In this document: positions 1 through 12,700 of the stretch, piece after piece
How positions within the stretch are numbered: the stretch's first letter is position 1
Layout of the letters: each line of letters opens with the position of its first letter
Origin: Phallusia mammillata
Lineage: Eukaryota
Assembly (NCBI GenBank): GCA_965637545.1
Contig: OZ281500.1
Coordinates: forward strand, 7,068,001-7,132,000
Length of the DNA stretch: 64,000 bases
Reading direction: 5' to 3'
Notes under the pieces: model-generated
Database searches by the model: none
Told to the model about the DNA's origin: nothing
Seen by the model: only the letters and a program-made list of their open reading frames with translations
Position numbers and translations under genes: made by a program

Positions 1-118
1 GGTTAAGAGGCATTTGCATTAGTCAAGAATGTGGATTAGAAGAGGTGTCTATTTTCTGTCACTGGGGTCCTCGAATTCACGGCAATACCGCGACACACCG
101 TTCAAGTTTCGTGGCATT

Positions 119-3100
119 TTACTCCCTATTTAAACCGACATAAACAAACGTGGCACATGCATGCCTTGGTTTAAAGCATGTTTGTGACGATGTGGTATGT
201 ATAGAATGAAACCTACTTCAGTTTGGACTGCAGAAAGCGAAGGCCTCTCCAGCATGGGTTGGTCTTGTAATATCGTCGCACTAGCGTCCCCACGCGGCAG
301 CACGAATCTCTCATCTTAAAAAAACCCAACTCATTTGCCCACTTGCGAAAGATTTAGTTTTACAATTACCAACTTACGTAACGCGACCCTTTTTGCCTAA
401 ATAGTTTCCGATGCTTGTTTGAAACGACTCGGCTTTGCGTTGTGTTTCCACTTGTTCCAGAAGATTCTTCTTCGATAACAGTAATTACGACGGTGTCAGT
501 TTCCGTCGAGTTTACATTTATGTTGCTTTCGGATGTATTTTGCCTCGCTTTAAATTTGTTTGGGTGATCAACTCTGTCCAAGGACCCGGTTTTGTTGTTT
601 TGATGTCCCCTCATTCTTGTTTTCACAGCTGGTGGAGTTGAAAAAGATCTGCAACATGGCTGTTAAATTACCAGCAGACCAAAGAACCAAATACAAGAAC
701 ACAAACATCACCTTAGCTTTTCGCAGATTAAAACCAAATGTAGTAGCGATATTTTTTCAAATATTTACCCATTGGCGTTGCGTAGTTTGGACTCGAAACA
801 ACGGTAGCGCTCCAAACCAGTACGTCGACAACACACGTGATTATTGACTTCACAATTTGCGTCCTGCTGCTCACGTTTCTGTAACAGAAAAGGCAACAAT
901 TTAATCTTTTACCAAAACTTAACTTTATCATAAAATAAAATATTTGTCACCTTTGCTATAAAACAACGCAGGCGTTGAGTGGAACGCAGAGCACAGCAGG
1001 TCCGAGCATTTCTTTCAAATATAATCCATTTCCTGGTCATTCGTGAACGCTTGCTGCTCGCTGGAATTCGAATCTTTAAACGCAGTAAACTAGCAATGCT
1101 TTTACAGTTTTTAGAGACTGACGATGCCTGCATAGGCAAAATCTATTTCTCGATTTTAACAACTTCGTGTTTACTAATTTAAAGTCAGAAGCATTTGCTC
1201 TTTTAATATCACTTACTGAAACAGTTTGACTCAGGGAAGGTGGACACCAGATCATGTGCGTACCATTTATATTTAGAATATAAAGTGAGAAATCAGGGAT
1301 TTTTTACACTCAAATATATTAAAGCACGGCAAAAAAAATTTTACTGATTTATTTCGTTTTAGGGAATTATGTTTGTAGTCGTGCGACAGTAATAAGCCTG
1401 AACTTCCACATGCTTTGGTTCAACTTCCGTTACATTTTCTTTATGTCTGGGAGTTGCATTGCGTGTGACATTTGCCTGAGGGTGGAAGTGTTTGAGAGAA
1501 ACGCACAGGGTTACAGTTTGGCAAGCACCCTTGGCGTATCCTGCTGGTTTGATTGATTTCCTTCAATTCATTTACGCAAGCCAAGCACCTGCCGTTCTAC
1601 CGGAAATTGTCGTCAAACTTGAGAAGCCTTGCAACAATTTGAGAACGCTTGCCAAACCGCAATGTTGACACAATTTTACCATGTTTTGCAAAAATCCTCT
1701 TGGCGGCCTTATTTTTTTAACCAACTTTATTTGAATGAGTTTAAGTTACGCATTGAATAGCTTAATGTTTAAAAAAGCTTTACCATACCAAGCCATTGTG
1801 CGCTATACTTTGGGATACTGTACACAGCAGCGTATGGTGTGAATAAGCAAATCGGCAATATTAAATCCCACCACTTTGACAAACACCCAACATGTCACCA
1901 ATACAAAGTCAATGACTTTACCTTTCTCACGAGTAATTCGTGCGAGTTTTGCTGTCGAACGTGTCTGCACATTCCGTCTACCTTTGCCTGAGTTAAAACA
2001 CAATTTTCCGGTTGTTCGACAAACGACTTGACGTCGGATGCCGTGTCATTACCGATTGGAGGTCTACAGAAAAAAGAAAAACGTGATTTTTGTCAGAAGA
2101 AATTATACATAAACTCGTCTTAGGATAGTTACAGTTGCGGCGGGGGGGTTGTTGCTTCAGTCGTGGGTCGCTGTCCCCCTTCCCGAATCGCGCGATCCAT
2201 AGACATGTTGTTGCTGCGTTGATAAAATTATTTTATTTTTTACATAGCCTACCTATGTATTTAAGACTACAAAAACAAGTTATAGCAGCGTTTCTTTCCA
2301 GACAAAGGCCCATTGGTAGGAAACCAATGCAAATTTTATGAAATTCAATACTGCAAGGGACACAAGGATTTACTTCAACTATGTGAGGTGGAGAACCACC
2401 GAACTGGACTGTAACAAGGCTAAAACTACAAACAAAGTTTAAGAGGCTTATAATTACACAACTGTGATTAATTGTGACTAACGCGAGAAAGCCCTGGTCC
2501 ATGATCAACTTAGGCTTGATGACGTCACCGGGATAGCGTTCGAAACAGGTGTAGCGCTGTGACGAAATAGAGTAGCAGCATGGGTGGGCACGAGCCCCTC
2601 TTGCATCATCTTCCATTTCTTGAGCGCAAAACTGGTTTAAAGCATCTCTCCTCTGTTAAAGCATAACACAGAAAATAAATACAGCAACATAAAATAAAAG
2701 GTGCCAGAAGCAAAATTGTCAAGCATTATGTCATGTTCTGCAAGCCCACAAGTTATTGCTTGTTGCTTAGTGTTGTCGATTTGGTTCATACAAATAGTCA
2801 TATCCATTCCCGCAACTTATTGGCATTATTTTTTTGTCAAATAAATCACAAACAGTTGGTTCTTAACTTACATAACCGTTTATACATGAGTGTAACACTG
2901 GGCTTGGCGCTCCTAAATTGCAGCAGAGTCTTTTGTTTTTGTGGTAAGTTCGAACCCAGGTTATGCGACGAACCATCCAAACTGGCATTCCAGAAACAGG
3001 AACAATGTCCTAAAAATCAAAATAATAATGTACATCAGAAAAAACGATTTGACATGTGATGAATCTTTCCCTAATACACTTAGAACGTAGGGTATGTCAA

Positions 3101-3567
3101 ATCAACGAAGAAAAAAGAAGCGCCCGATAAGGGACTTGAACCCTTGACCGTTGGATTAAAAGTCCAACGCTCTACCGACTGAGCTAACCGGGCTCGCGAA
3201 ACCGACGTCTCAAATATTGGTATACATCGATCGACCTGATATTGAAAGCGCCGCCTGCAAATGGTATTTGGAGTTTCTGTTTCGTCAGTTGGCAGCGGGA
3301 ATGGTAAAATAATAGCTTGGAAAGGTGCAGGTATAGATACCGCCAATTCTCTTGATTCTTGTGCAGAATCCGATGAAAGTTCTGAACGTAATTTTGCAAA
3401 AACAAATTTTTGAGATATGTCTCGTTCCAAACTTTGTTTACGACAGGCAATCGTTTACAACACACAATAAATTTTACAAACAATTTACACATCGAGTTCT
3501 TACTTTGAGCGAATGTTCCAACAAGACAACTAATAGCAAGAACAGTGGGATATCGAAGATTTAACAT
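119..3567 (-). CDS. ECM1: ECM1-like secreted protein with serum-albumin-type CC-X7-10-C repeats (multi-exon; the part between about 1920 and 1130 is unresolved)
   Basis: Signal-peptide exon 3567-3504 (MLNLRYPTVLAISCLVGTFAQ). Phase-consistent exons 3381-3236, 3009-2872, 2652-2483, 2063-1922, then about 1125-951, 878-769, 648-378, 314-217, 125-119. Repeat 1 reads FPLP..NTIC..RLCCNLGAPSPVLHSCINGYRRDALNQFCAQE..HPCCYSISSQRYTCFE. Repeat 2 reads RTCCALRSTQRLRCFIAKKREQQDANCEVNNHVCCRRTGLERYRCFE. Both match the vertebrate ECM1 pattern (CC..C..AMSRFCEAE..HWCCTRQGEARFSCF). Confidence 0.75.
3121..3193 (-). tRNA. tRNA-Lys-TTT: tRNA-Lys (anticodon TTT)
   Basis: GCCCGGTTAGCTCAGTCGGTAGAGCGTTGGACTTTTAATCCAACGGTCAAGGGTTCAAGTCCCTTATCGGGCG, 73 nt. 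Acceptor, D, anticodon (TTGGA/TCCAA) and T (AAGGG/CCCTT) stems all pair. A and B boxes are intact, and a T-run Pol III terminator follows within a few nt. Confidence 0.97.
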
Positions 3568-4617
3568 ATTTTACTGTCTTCACATCAAAACATTTGCAAC
3601 AAAATCTTGTCCTGTGTTTTAGCTGACACTCTTATTCTGAAAAACGGTATACACATACACCATGCAGTCTTGTGCTATGCCCATATGTGTTTACAAAAAC
3701 GAAAGGTCGTCGTAAAATAGAATCTTGCGACCACAAACCACTGTCTGTTTGGTCGCATATTTGTTTCTCGATGGCAAACAAAACTCATTGCTTACAAACT
3801 ACGGATGTCTACATGCTATACCCGACTATTCTCTCAGTGATATCGAAGATCTATCCTTGTTAGGGCCGCTTACAGCAAATTCGACTGGTTACAGAATAAA
3901 TCGATTGTTACATTTGTTTGATTGCTTCCTATTTGGCACTTTAAAGAAAAAGTACATCGGGGCTTTACTTAAAAGAAAATCTCATTCTCTAGTGCCCCCA
4001 GCTGTTTACATTTCTGTACATTATTTTGTTAACGGGTTTAAATGAAAAAAAATTCAAACCTGGTCCTGATCTTCATACTTTGTTGTGCACATTAAGTGCA
4101 CGTACTGGAAGCGCACATCCATTAATCTTTCCAAGCAAAAAACTAATAAGGCTAAGAGAGATTAAATTAGGTAATGAGTGGTTGTCACAACATCCCCAAG
4201 GGACACAAACAAATTATAACCTTAAGTGCGTTACCCTGGGGAATTATTAAATAAACGTGTGTCCACGTGTAATGCTAAAGAGTCGTGAGAAAACAACCGT
4301 GGGAAAGTATAGTGCGGAAGTTTGGCTTCCGAATTCCAATCATTCAATTTGTAATTTTGTATCTTGGATTTGAAAAACTTGTATTTGGAGTTTGTAACCT
4401 TCCTAGTTAGCCTTTTTTAGTCTCTAAACTAACTAAGTTGCCTTGAAGGTTTTGTGAGATTAGTGTTTTATTTGGTTACTAATCAAAATAGCACTTTATA
4501 CTTTTCTAGAGTTGTGTTTACTGCCATGTAATTAGAACTAAAACCTCAGTTGCTGTGAAAAACGAAAACCTATCTGTGCCCTGTATAAACTCATCCCAAT
4601 ACCGCTATACTGAAAAA

Positions 4618-5770
4618 ATGGCGAAGAAGGCGACCAAGACTGAATCAAAAGAAACAATTAAAGTGATTTGTCTGGGTGACAGTGCTGTTGGCAAATCCAA
4701 GTAAGTGTTTTAGCTTTAGGGATAAAATTTGATTTTATAAAACATTTTTTGTGTTTTAGATTGGTGGAAAGGTTTTTGGTGGATGGATAGTATCCTTTTT
4801 TGAATGTGTTACTTAATAATTACATAATCTTAAACATGTTTGTCTGTTTAAAATGTGGGTTTTTATAATTGTAATAAATATAAATCAGCTCCACTTTTTT
4901 CCTTGACAAAAGCCTACAGCAAACCACAACAACTTTCAACATATGCACTTACTTTATTCAACTATGAAACAAAGATCAATGGAAAAACGATTTCAGTTGG
5001 TAAGATGCATTGGTTTTTATAAATAAACAAGTAAATTTAACCTAAAACATGCATAGATTATTCTGACTCAAAATGTTTGTAGATTTTTGGGACACAGCGG
5101 GCCAGGAAAGATTTAGTTCCATGCATCCATCATACTACCATGATGCTCATGCCTGTATCTTAGTATTTGATGCAACAAGAAAAATAACATACAAAAACCT
5201 GACCAAGTGGTATCAAGAGTTGCGTGAGTTTCGACCAAACATTCCATGCCTGTTGGTGGCAAATAAAATTGATGGTAAGATGTTCATTTGTTAAATATTG
5301 AAATGTGTGAAGCAGTATTATAATTTTGTTACTGTTTAGTTGACTTGGGAGTTACTCAAAGAAGTTTTGCCTTTGGAAAGAAGCACAATTTGCGTCAATA
5401 TTTTGTTTCTGCAGCAGATGGTACAAATGTTGTAAAGGTTCGTATTTTGTATTTATTTACTTATGTTCTATGCAAAATGTGACCATTACTGATTTTTAGC
5501 TTTTTCGGGATGCAATTAAGGCTGCCCTCCACTACAAACAAAATCCCACTGATTATGTTGATCAAGTGCTCGCAGAACTAGAGGCAAGTAACTCAATTGA
5601 GACATAGCATAGGGTTATGAACTTAACGGTTGTTTTTGAATTGTTATTTTCTGCCAGAACTATGTTTTCTAATATTTTCACACTACTTTGTTTTCCAGAA
5701 TATGGTGAGTTCTGAAATCAGTGAAGAAGATGAAATGCTTTTTAATAAATTAAGCAACCAAGCTGCCTAA
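4618..5770 (+). CDS. RABL2: Rab-like protein 2 (RABL2), 7 exons, 212 aa
   Basis: Exons 4618-4700, 4760-4789, 4920-4999, 5083-5274, 5340-5437, 5500-5583, 5699-5770 total 639 nt. Motifs IKVICLGDSAVGKSK, QQLSTYALTL, DFWDTAGQERF, ELREFRPNIPCLLVANKID and FVSAADGTNVVKLF are characteristic of RABL2. No C-terminal prenylation cysteines. Confidence 0.95.
4790..4919 (+). other. U12-type (minor spliceosome) GT-AG intron, RABL2 intron 2
   Basis: 5' site GTATCCTTTT. Branch site TTTTCCTTGAC at about 4897-4907, with the branch A 13 nt from the AG. No polypyrimidine tract. Removal restores codon TA|C (Tyr) in frame. Confidence 0.9.
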
Positions 5771-8209
5771 ATACCCATTCCATGATGCACGATAGGCATA
5801 AATGATGTTGGATCAATTCCCTATTAGTCCTGCATTGAAACCAATGTCCCTTGAAATAGTCTATGTAGTGAATATTCGTGGTACTCTGTTTAGGTGCTTT
5901 TGTACTTTTTGACATATTTAGTTTTAATTTATTTGCCAAGTGTTTAAATGTCAAATATTATTTGTTTTATACTTTATACTACAGTATTGTATTGTAAACA
6001 TGTAAAATAACTGGACAACTAAATCTCAGAACAGCCTTGTTACACCAAACGTTTGTAAATGTTAAACCTTTTTAGTAATAGTTGCGACTTGGAACAATCC
6101 TTTGTTATGAGTGGTTTTGCACATTCCTGCCTGTATTTTATAGATCTATGTGTGTTTCAATCGTTGTGGAAAGGGCGTTCATGGCGTCAGTTAAACAATG
6201 TTATCCTATCTTTTAAGTCCGTTTGTGATGTTTTTGTGGTAATTGAGTGGAGTTGATTTCGCTGGGTGGAAAAGCTATAGGTTCTCCATTTACATGAAAA
6301 TCAGAAAGTTGAAACATGTGAGTACACAACTGATGGGTGAAGGGTGGGCGCGCACAAGCAGAACCAGGGCTCCTCAACAGCATTATTTCACCACCCATCT
6401 CTACTTTTAAAATACAAAAAATATTTTACCTGTGGGCATAACCCGAACAAAAATTTGTTATTGAATGATAAAAGTAGATACCGCCAATTTAGTATTACAA
6501 AATGCCCAGCGGTTGGCGCTATACTGTCTAGGTTGAGAATTGAGTTACGCCGTCAATACAAAGCGCTATGTGTTGGGGGCACGTTTGAAACTGAGTTTAG
6601 CACAATTTAAATTAACACGACTGCATAAAAGCAGTAGACCTAAGATTGACCAGTCGTATTTGGGTTTGACGCAGAGTTGTGAGGATGAATAAAACGAACT
6701 TGATTCGGGTCCAACTTTACCAATTTTCGGACCTAATTTGGACTTTGTTCAAAAACTTCGGGTTTATCTGGTTTTCGGGCTTGTACTTTCCGTCTCAGAC
6801 ATTGCTCACAAGTCTGGTTCACCATGAATCAAAATAAAGTGGTGGCTGAGGGCAACATATGTTGAAATGACATCTGCAACACCGGAACACCTTATCCAGG
6901 ATTTTACCTAGGTGCGCAGCTGATTCTATGCTACGTCATTTCCAAGATGCCACTTAAATCGATCCTTGCGAGAACATTACCGATACTGCAGGTAAATATA
7001 GGTTACATGGACAATTAACTTTTCAAAAGTTCGTTCACGATCATTTTGCGTAATGTTAACAATGATTCGCTACAAATATCAAGTTTGGGATAAGGTTTCA
7101 ATTTCGTCTGTTCGCGCCACACACTACAAACAATAATTACTCCTAACACACAATACAATTTTAACTCAATTAATCATTCACATGTTTCCTGCACGTGGTA
7201 CCACAAAATTGTAAGGCAATTCTTGGCAAAAACAACCAAACCCCAACCAACAGAGCTTGGCTTAATCATCATCGTTCGCAAGGTCTTTGTGTGAATTACA
7301 ACCCATAAAATGCAAGCCGACTTGGAGCGGATGTCAAAAGTCGAATTGAACACGCGACGTTTCAACCGAAACCGAGGCTCCAAACTCGTGGGAAATCGGT
7401 AGTCTTGACATTTCGTTTCTTAAAAACAGGACGCGAATTGCCCAGCGAGAAACAATAGTTCCAGAAGCAGCAGGTCAGTAACGTTGAAAAGGATAGGTCC
7501 GCTTGGCAAGCGAGGGAAGGCTGCAGGTCAGTTTAGATTTAACATATTTAGAAATAGTTGCTAAAGAATTGATCAAAAAGCTATTAGCCTATTATAGATA
7601 CCAAATAGAGTCACTTTTTTGATATTGAGTGCAGTGACTGTGATGTTGTTTTTAGATTGCGAAAATATTCACTGAGGCTTAATTTATTTTCAATCAGTTG
7701 CGTACAAAATTAGCTGATAGACAATCACGCCCAAAGTCATGCGCAAATTTGGAAGATCGGGGACCATGTACTCTCATGACACACGTGCTGACCGGGATCA
7801 CACCGATTTCCGGGCACCAAACCACCCGCTTGAGCCATTGTTGTCTATTACGTCACAGTGCATGTTTTGGCGTCATAAGCGAGGGGCGCTTTCCATGTGT
7901 ATCCGGTTCAAACCAAGTCGCAACAGATTTGCAAGCGTATAAAGGGGAAAGGTTTCTAGCTTGGACCTTAGTCGCCATAAGGCCTATTGACAAGAATATA
8001 GATAGACTCTTGTCTAGTAACCGCTAACGAGCAGGTAGATATGAATGTACCACTACTTTTAGTTACGCAGGGGGTTAGATGGGTAAACCTGTATCGAATA
8101 GGAATTGGTTCCTCAATGTACTGGAATTTTGCTTAGGGCTGTTTCAAATACGGGCTATTAGCTTTAGTGACCAATTTTTTTACCTTGTTTTGTCTTGCAG
8201 TGAAACAAG

Positions 8210-9115
8210 ATGAACGGTGATCCATACTTGACTGTTGATAATGGCACAAGACCGTCACTGTATTTCCAATCACGAGGAAAGACGTACGACGAAGCAATTA
8301 CTTCCTGTCAAATGGATTACGGTGGAAAACTAGCCGTCCTTAAAGAGCCTGGCTTTTTGGATAGAATATCAGATGTAATACCAACGGCATATTCACATTA
8401 CTACCGCATAGGGTTAAAGAAAGAGGTCAACGAAGATGTTTTCCACTGGGAGGATGGAAGCCTTTTCAAAGACGGTGCGTTGACTATACCCGATGTGGCA
8501 GAAACAAATGACTGTCTGGCAATGAGCGTTTACAAGCCTATTGGGTCAAGCCACGTCTTGCTTCGCCCAGTAGAGTGCGATAGAGCGCTAGCTTACATCT
8601 GTCAAAGCGTGGAATCGCCAGATGATTTGAATGGCAGTCAGACGATTGAAAGAGTGGCACTGGCCGCTGCGATAGCAACAGCGGCAACTGTTTGCCTCCT
8701 TTTAGTTGTAGCTTTTCTAGCGGTTTTCTTGATTCGCAGGAAGTGGGCAATAAAAGAAAGGAAAACGAAACGCGAAACCAAGACAAGTACAACAACAGTT
8801 TTAACGTCGGACAGTGAACATGCTGAAACGCCGTCAAATGAACCCAGTTTCAACACACTGAGTGCAAATCAGGGCACTATCCCAGCGTACCAGGATGTGG
8901 GCTATTGTAGTGTTGATGAACTTGCAGAACAAGGTGCATTTGATTTGGAAAGCGGCGGTAGCGAGGTACACAAAACTGCATCAACACAAGTGTACACAAT
9001 GGCTGAAGATGTCACGGATGTGTCAGCATTGTACAGTGTGGTGAACAAAAAAACAAAACGCAACGCGGTCAAAAACGAAAAAGATAGTTTCGATGACGTA
9101 ACTTCTAACGGTTAG
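8210..9115 (+). CDS. Single-pass membrane protein: C-type lectin-like domain, TM helix and tyrosine-motif cytoplasmic tail (5' end unresolved)
   Basis: 301-aa ORF. CTLD with four canonical Cys (TYDEAITSC..GGKLA..YRIGL..FHWEDG..DC..EC..AYICQ). TM VALAAAIATAATVCLLLVVAFLAVFLI followed by RRK. Tail carries YQDV, VGYCSV, YTMA and ALYSVV. AATAAA at about 9167. Confidence 0.85.
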   Translation: MNGDPYLTVDNGTRPSLYFQSRGKTYDEAITSCQMDYGGKLAVLKEPGFLDRISDVIPTAYSHYYRIGLKKEVNEDVFHWEDGSLFKDGALTIPDVAETNDCLAMSVYKPIGSSHVLLRPVECDRALAYICQSVESPDDLNGSQTIERVALAAAIATAATVCLLLVVAFLAVFLIRRKWAIKERKTKRETKTSTTTVLTSDSEHAETPSNEPSFNTLSANQGTIPAYQDVGYCSVDELAEQGAFDLESGGSEVHKTASTQVYTMAEDVTDVSALYSVVNKKTKRNAVKNEKDSFDDVTSNG

Positions 9116-9784
9116 TTGGTGTTCTAACTTCGTGTGCAATGCTCTGTACAGCTTTTGTCTGCCTGAATAAAATTTGACACCGTGGAGACATGCTGAAATT
9201 TAGTGCAAAACCAGAGAGCAGACAATGACCCTACAATGACAGCGGTTTAGTTTGGTTTAATTTTGTAACCATTTATTTTCATAAAGAGTCAAAGCAAAGA
9301 ATTTGCTACACACAACGAAGGTTGATACCCGCACACTGAAAAAAGGACATTTTCTAGTCACCCGAAATGAGTTTATTACAAATCGTGCATTGTTTGTTTA
9401 AGTAATAGGCAAAGAGGGTTTGCAGGTGCACAGGAGAGTTAGCTCATTGGTACAAGGTCCAGCGAGTCCATTGGTTAGAGTTTAAATAACACAAGTACAA
9501 ATTTGTGTGAAGTACAATTTGCCGGGAGTTCATGATTTAAGTCTAGATGATATATAAAAGCCACGGAAGTTGCGACAGCGTGTTGAAATTTTTGCAATAA
9601 CGCCGGCACTAACCTTAACACACAAATAGGGGCCTATACCGTGTAACCATAACGAATTAAATATAGAAAAACAATGCTCAGCTGCATATACTGATCGCCT
9701 TAAGAAAATCAGGCGTTGCTTTTTGTGGTGATGGATTACTGCTGGCATGGTTCAATGTATATAAAAAAACATACTCCACATGCA

Positions 9785-12700
9785 TTAGGACTTGTATGTA
9801 ATTGGCGGAGGCGGCATAGGAGAAACAGATGTGGCTGCAACAGCGTGGGCAACCGCCTTTCTAAACCACATGCTAGATCCACGAGATGTCTGGCCCTTAA
9901 TTTAAAAATAGAGTATGGTTTATACAACGCATGAAGCTAAACAATAAAAAATGTGATTTATAATTTTCTTGCTGTACCACACTAATGTCATGTTCAAGTG
10001 CCAGGTCTTTTTTCATGTGTTTAAACCCCTTGCTCTTAGAGCCCCGACTAGACAGCTATGGTTTTCCTAGGGTTTACCACAAAACAAACTCACAAAGGTT
10101 CAAGTGAATACAGTTTACATTTCAGTTTAATGATTATCAAGCACTGCAATTGGCACAGTACATGTAGCTGTAGTTGCTTTCCCATTTTATAGCAATTATA
10201 TTGCAGTTGTAACCAAATTTTAACAAACAAAAAAACCTACCAACATGAAAAGAATACCTGTTTATGCAGATCTTTCAAGCAAGAGTACCATCCACCATAA
10301 ATAACCATAAAAGGTGGTCTGCCTCCTTGAATTCTGGCTCCATTTACAGCCATCACAGTACTAGTTACTGACAGTGGGTAGGTGACTGTTTGGGCCACAT
10401 AGCTCATTGCCATTTGTGAGTATTGCCTTAAATCCTTCAGATCACTCTAAACACATAAAAATCATGTTTTACCGAAATGCCTTATTTTTATCTACATAAT
10501 GATTTAACACTTATAGAACTGATTATTATAACAATTATAAATTGCACAAATAATTGAAAGCAAGTTAGCCCAAGCCTGTTTAAAAATACAATAACTTTTT
10601 TCTTTCAGTTTTCAATTGCAAATTTAAAAACAAACATATATATATTTTGTTTTTATTTAGACTTACTAGACTTAAGTTTACTTAATAAACTCAATACTTA
10701 TACTGATAATACAATCAAACAAGAAAAACATTGTTAGAACTGAATAGCTATATAGAGGAAGATAAAACAATTTGTCTTACTGATTCAGTCAGGACATATG
10801 TGTTTAATGCATAAGCCAATAAATTACTCAGCCAGATGGTAATGATCTCAGCAACGAGTCTTGGAGCCAAACCGCTAGAAAAACAACCATTAATGAATTT
10901 TGTAATAAACCTGCATCAAGTGCATATTAAGAACTCACGCAAAGAACCCAAGAATTCCATCTTCCTTATAGATCTCCACAGTGGATAAATACATGTTGCA
11001 ATAAATAGTTTCTTGGCCAATAAACTGGGCCATTGTCCGGAGTGCAATTACTTGTATGTAAAATATAACATGTAAATTCCAAGTGTAGTGGTCAAAGAGA
11101 GTCGTTTTTATCTTTTACTTTATTAAACATCTAAACATGTGTATGTGCTAGTGCTCAATACTGATCAGAATGAACAACTATGTGCAATTTGCATGTAAGT
11201 GAAAAGCTACAGTACAGCTCATGTAATAAACATACCATGAAAGGGTTGTGAAATGATGACGGCACTACATCGAGCGATCATTTCCTTTGTAGTCTACAAC
11301 AAAGTATGTTTGTTGATGCACCACAACAGCTGGGCTTGTTTTGGTTGTCAGTTTGTCACATTATTTCCACAAGCAAAAAAATCGCATTAATTAAATAAAT
11401 TACCTCAAAAAAATTCACATAAAATTAGATTTAATACATATATCAATTTCAAAATAAATTCGTAAACATTGGTAAAAAATTAAGAATGATACAATTTGGA
11501 AACACATTTAGACAACATCAGTTAACAATCAGGAAAAAGACAGATCTCATCGCAGCAAATGTCACACTCACGTGATCGCAAACCTTGTTAAGTAGAGTTT
11601 TCACATCATCTTTGCTTGTTGGTGCTTCCCGACTCATTTGTGGTTCAATGAACTGCAAAACCAACAAAAACCAGTCACACAAAAGAACAAAGCCACAACT
11701 ATAAAGACACTGTAAACAACAATAATATAACACATGCAAAAAAGTGAATTGTAAATAGTCACTTCGATCACAAAAAAGGCAAAGGTGCCACTTATGTACT
11801 AATCATGGTAAATCACCGCACAGCAATCTCATTAAAAACAAAATTAGTCAAACATCAATAATACAAATTGTTTCCAACAAAAGACTAATATTCTACAAAC
11901 AGTACACACAACCTGCAACAAAATTTTAGTTTGTGCTTGGTGCAGAAGTAAACAAATGAAATATTGGCAGGCACAACATGCTACTGGACGGGGTGAAGAA
12001 AATACACAGCTGATTAGAAACAATGAAACTATACATGTTTGTCATCATGCAATCACTTACATTGACCTTTTTTAGTGCCTGCAATTTGAAACAAATGTGA
12101 AATTATATAAAATGTCCTGTGATTAAAAAAAAAAAAACTACTTGAAGCATGAATATATTTAATGTACATGTATTATTTGTTGACATGCATAAATATACAT
12201 CTTTGAATACAAGAGTATACAGGGAAAGGATGTTAAACTAAAAATTGCTGACTATTTTTTTAAATTGAAGTAATAAAACAAACATGGACTGTACTATCAA
12301 TTCATCACCCATAACCCCTATTTTGTCTCTTCAGCATCTAAGGCTTAAGTAAGCAGAGGACTAACTTTTTTCACCCTGGCACAGCCATAAACATACAATC
12401 TAAAAATGCACAATCAATGATATAATTATCACATTAATTCCATGAGCATTAGTTTGATAACGAAACAAACGTGGTTATATCTGCACTGTTGCATTGGTGT
12501 ATGACTTCTAATAGAATCACACATAATTGTGTAGTGCAAAAAAGATATTATATAAGTTATTATTAGATGCAAATAGCAGATTTGAATTCCAGTTCAAAAA
12601 TGTACTAAATATACACCAGGCAACAAAGGTTTGCAATTATGTTCACCTGACCAACAGCAGAATATGTAAGCGAAGTAGAAAGATTTGCACAAATCCTTGG

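Noticed and set aside
560-847. Plus-strand 95-aa ORF with an apparent acceptor
   Set aside because: It is antisense to ECM1-like exons 878-769 and 648-378, whose Cys motifs and splice phases explain the region.
2233-2482. In-frame continuation of ORF 2233-2616 as additional ECM1-like exons
   Set aside because: The phase-2 donor at 2483 joins cleanly to the phase-2 acceptor at 2063, so the extension is probably intron read-through.
7698-8027. 109-aa ORF as an upstream exon of the lectin receptor
   Set aside because: It has no signal peptide or domain, and no donor gives an open join to the CTLD frame.
10240-10257. GTATTCTTTT donor in MTCH2 as a second U12 intron
   Set aside because: It mismatches the GTATCC core, and there is no TTCCTTRAC branch site near the acceptor at 9896.
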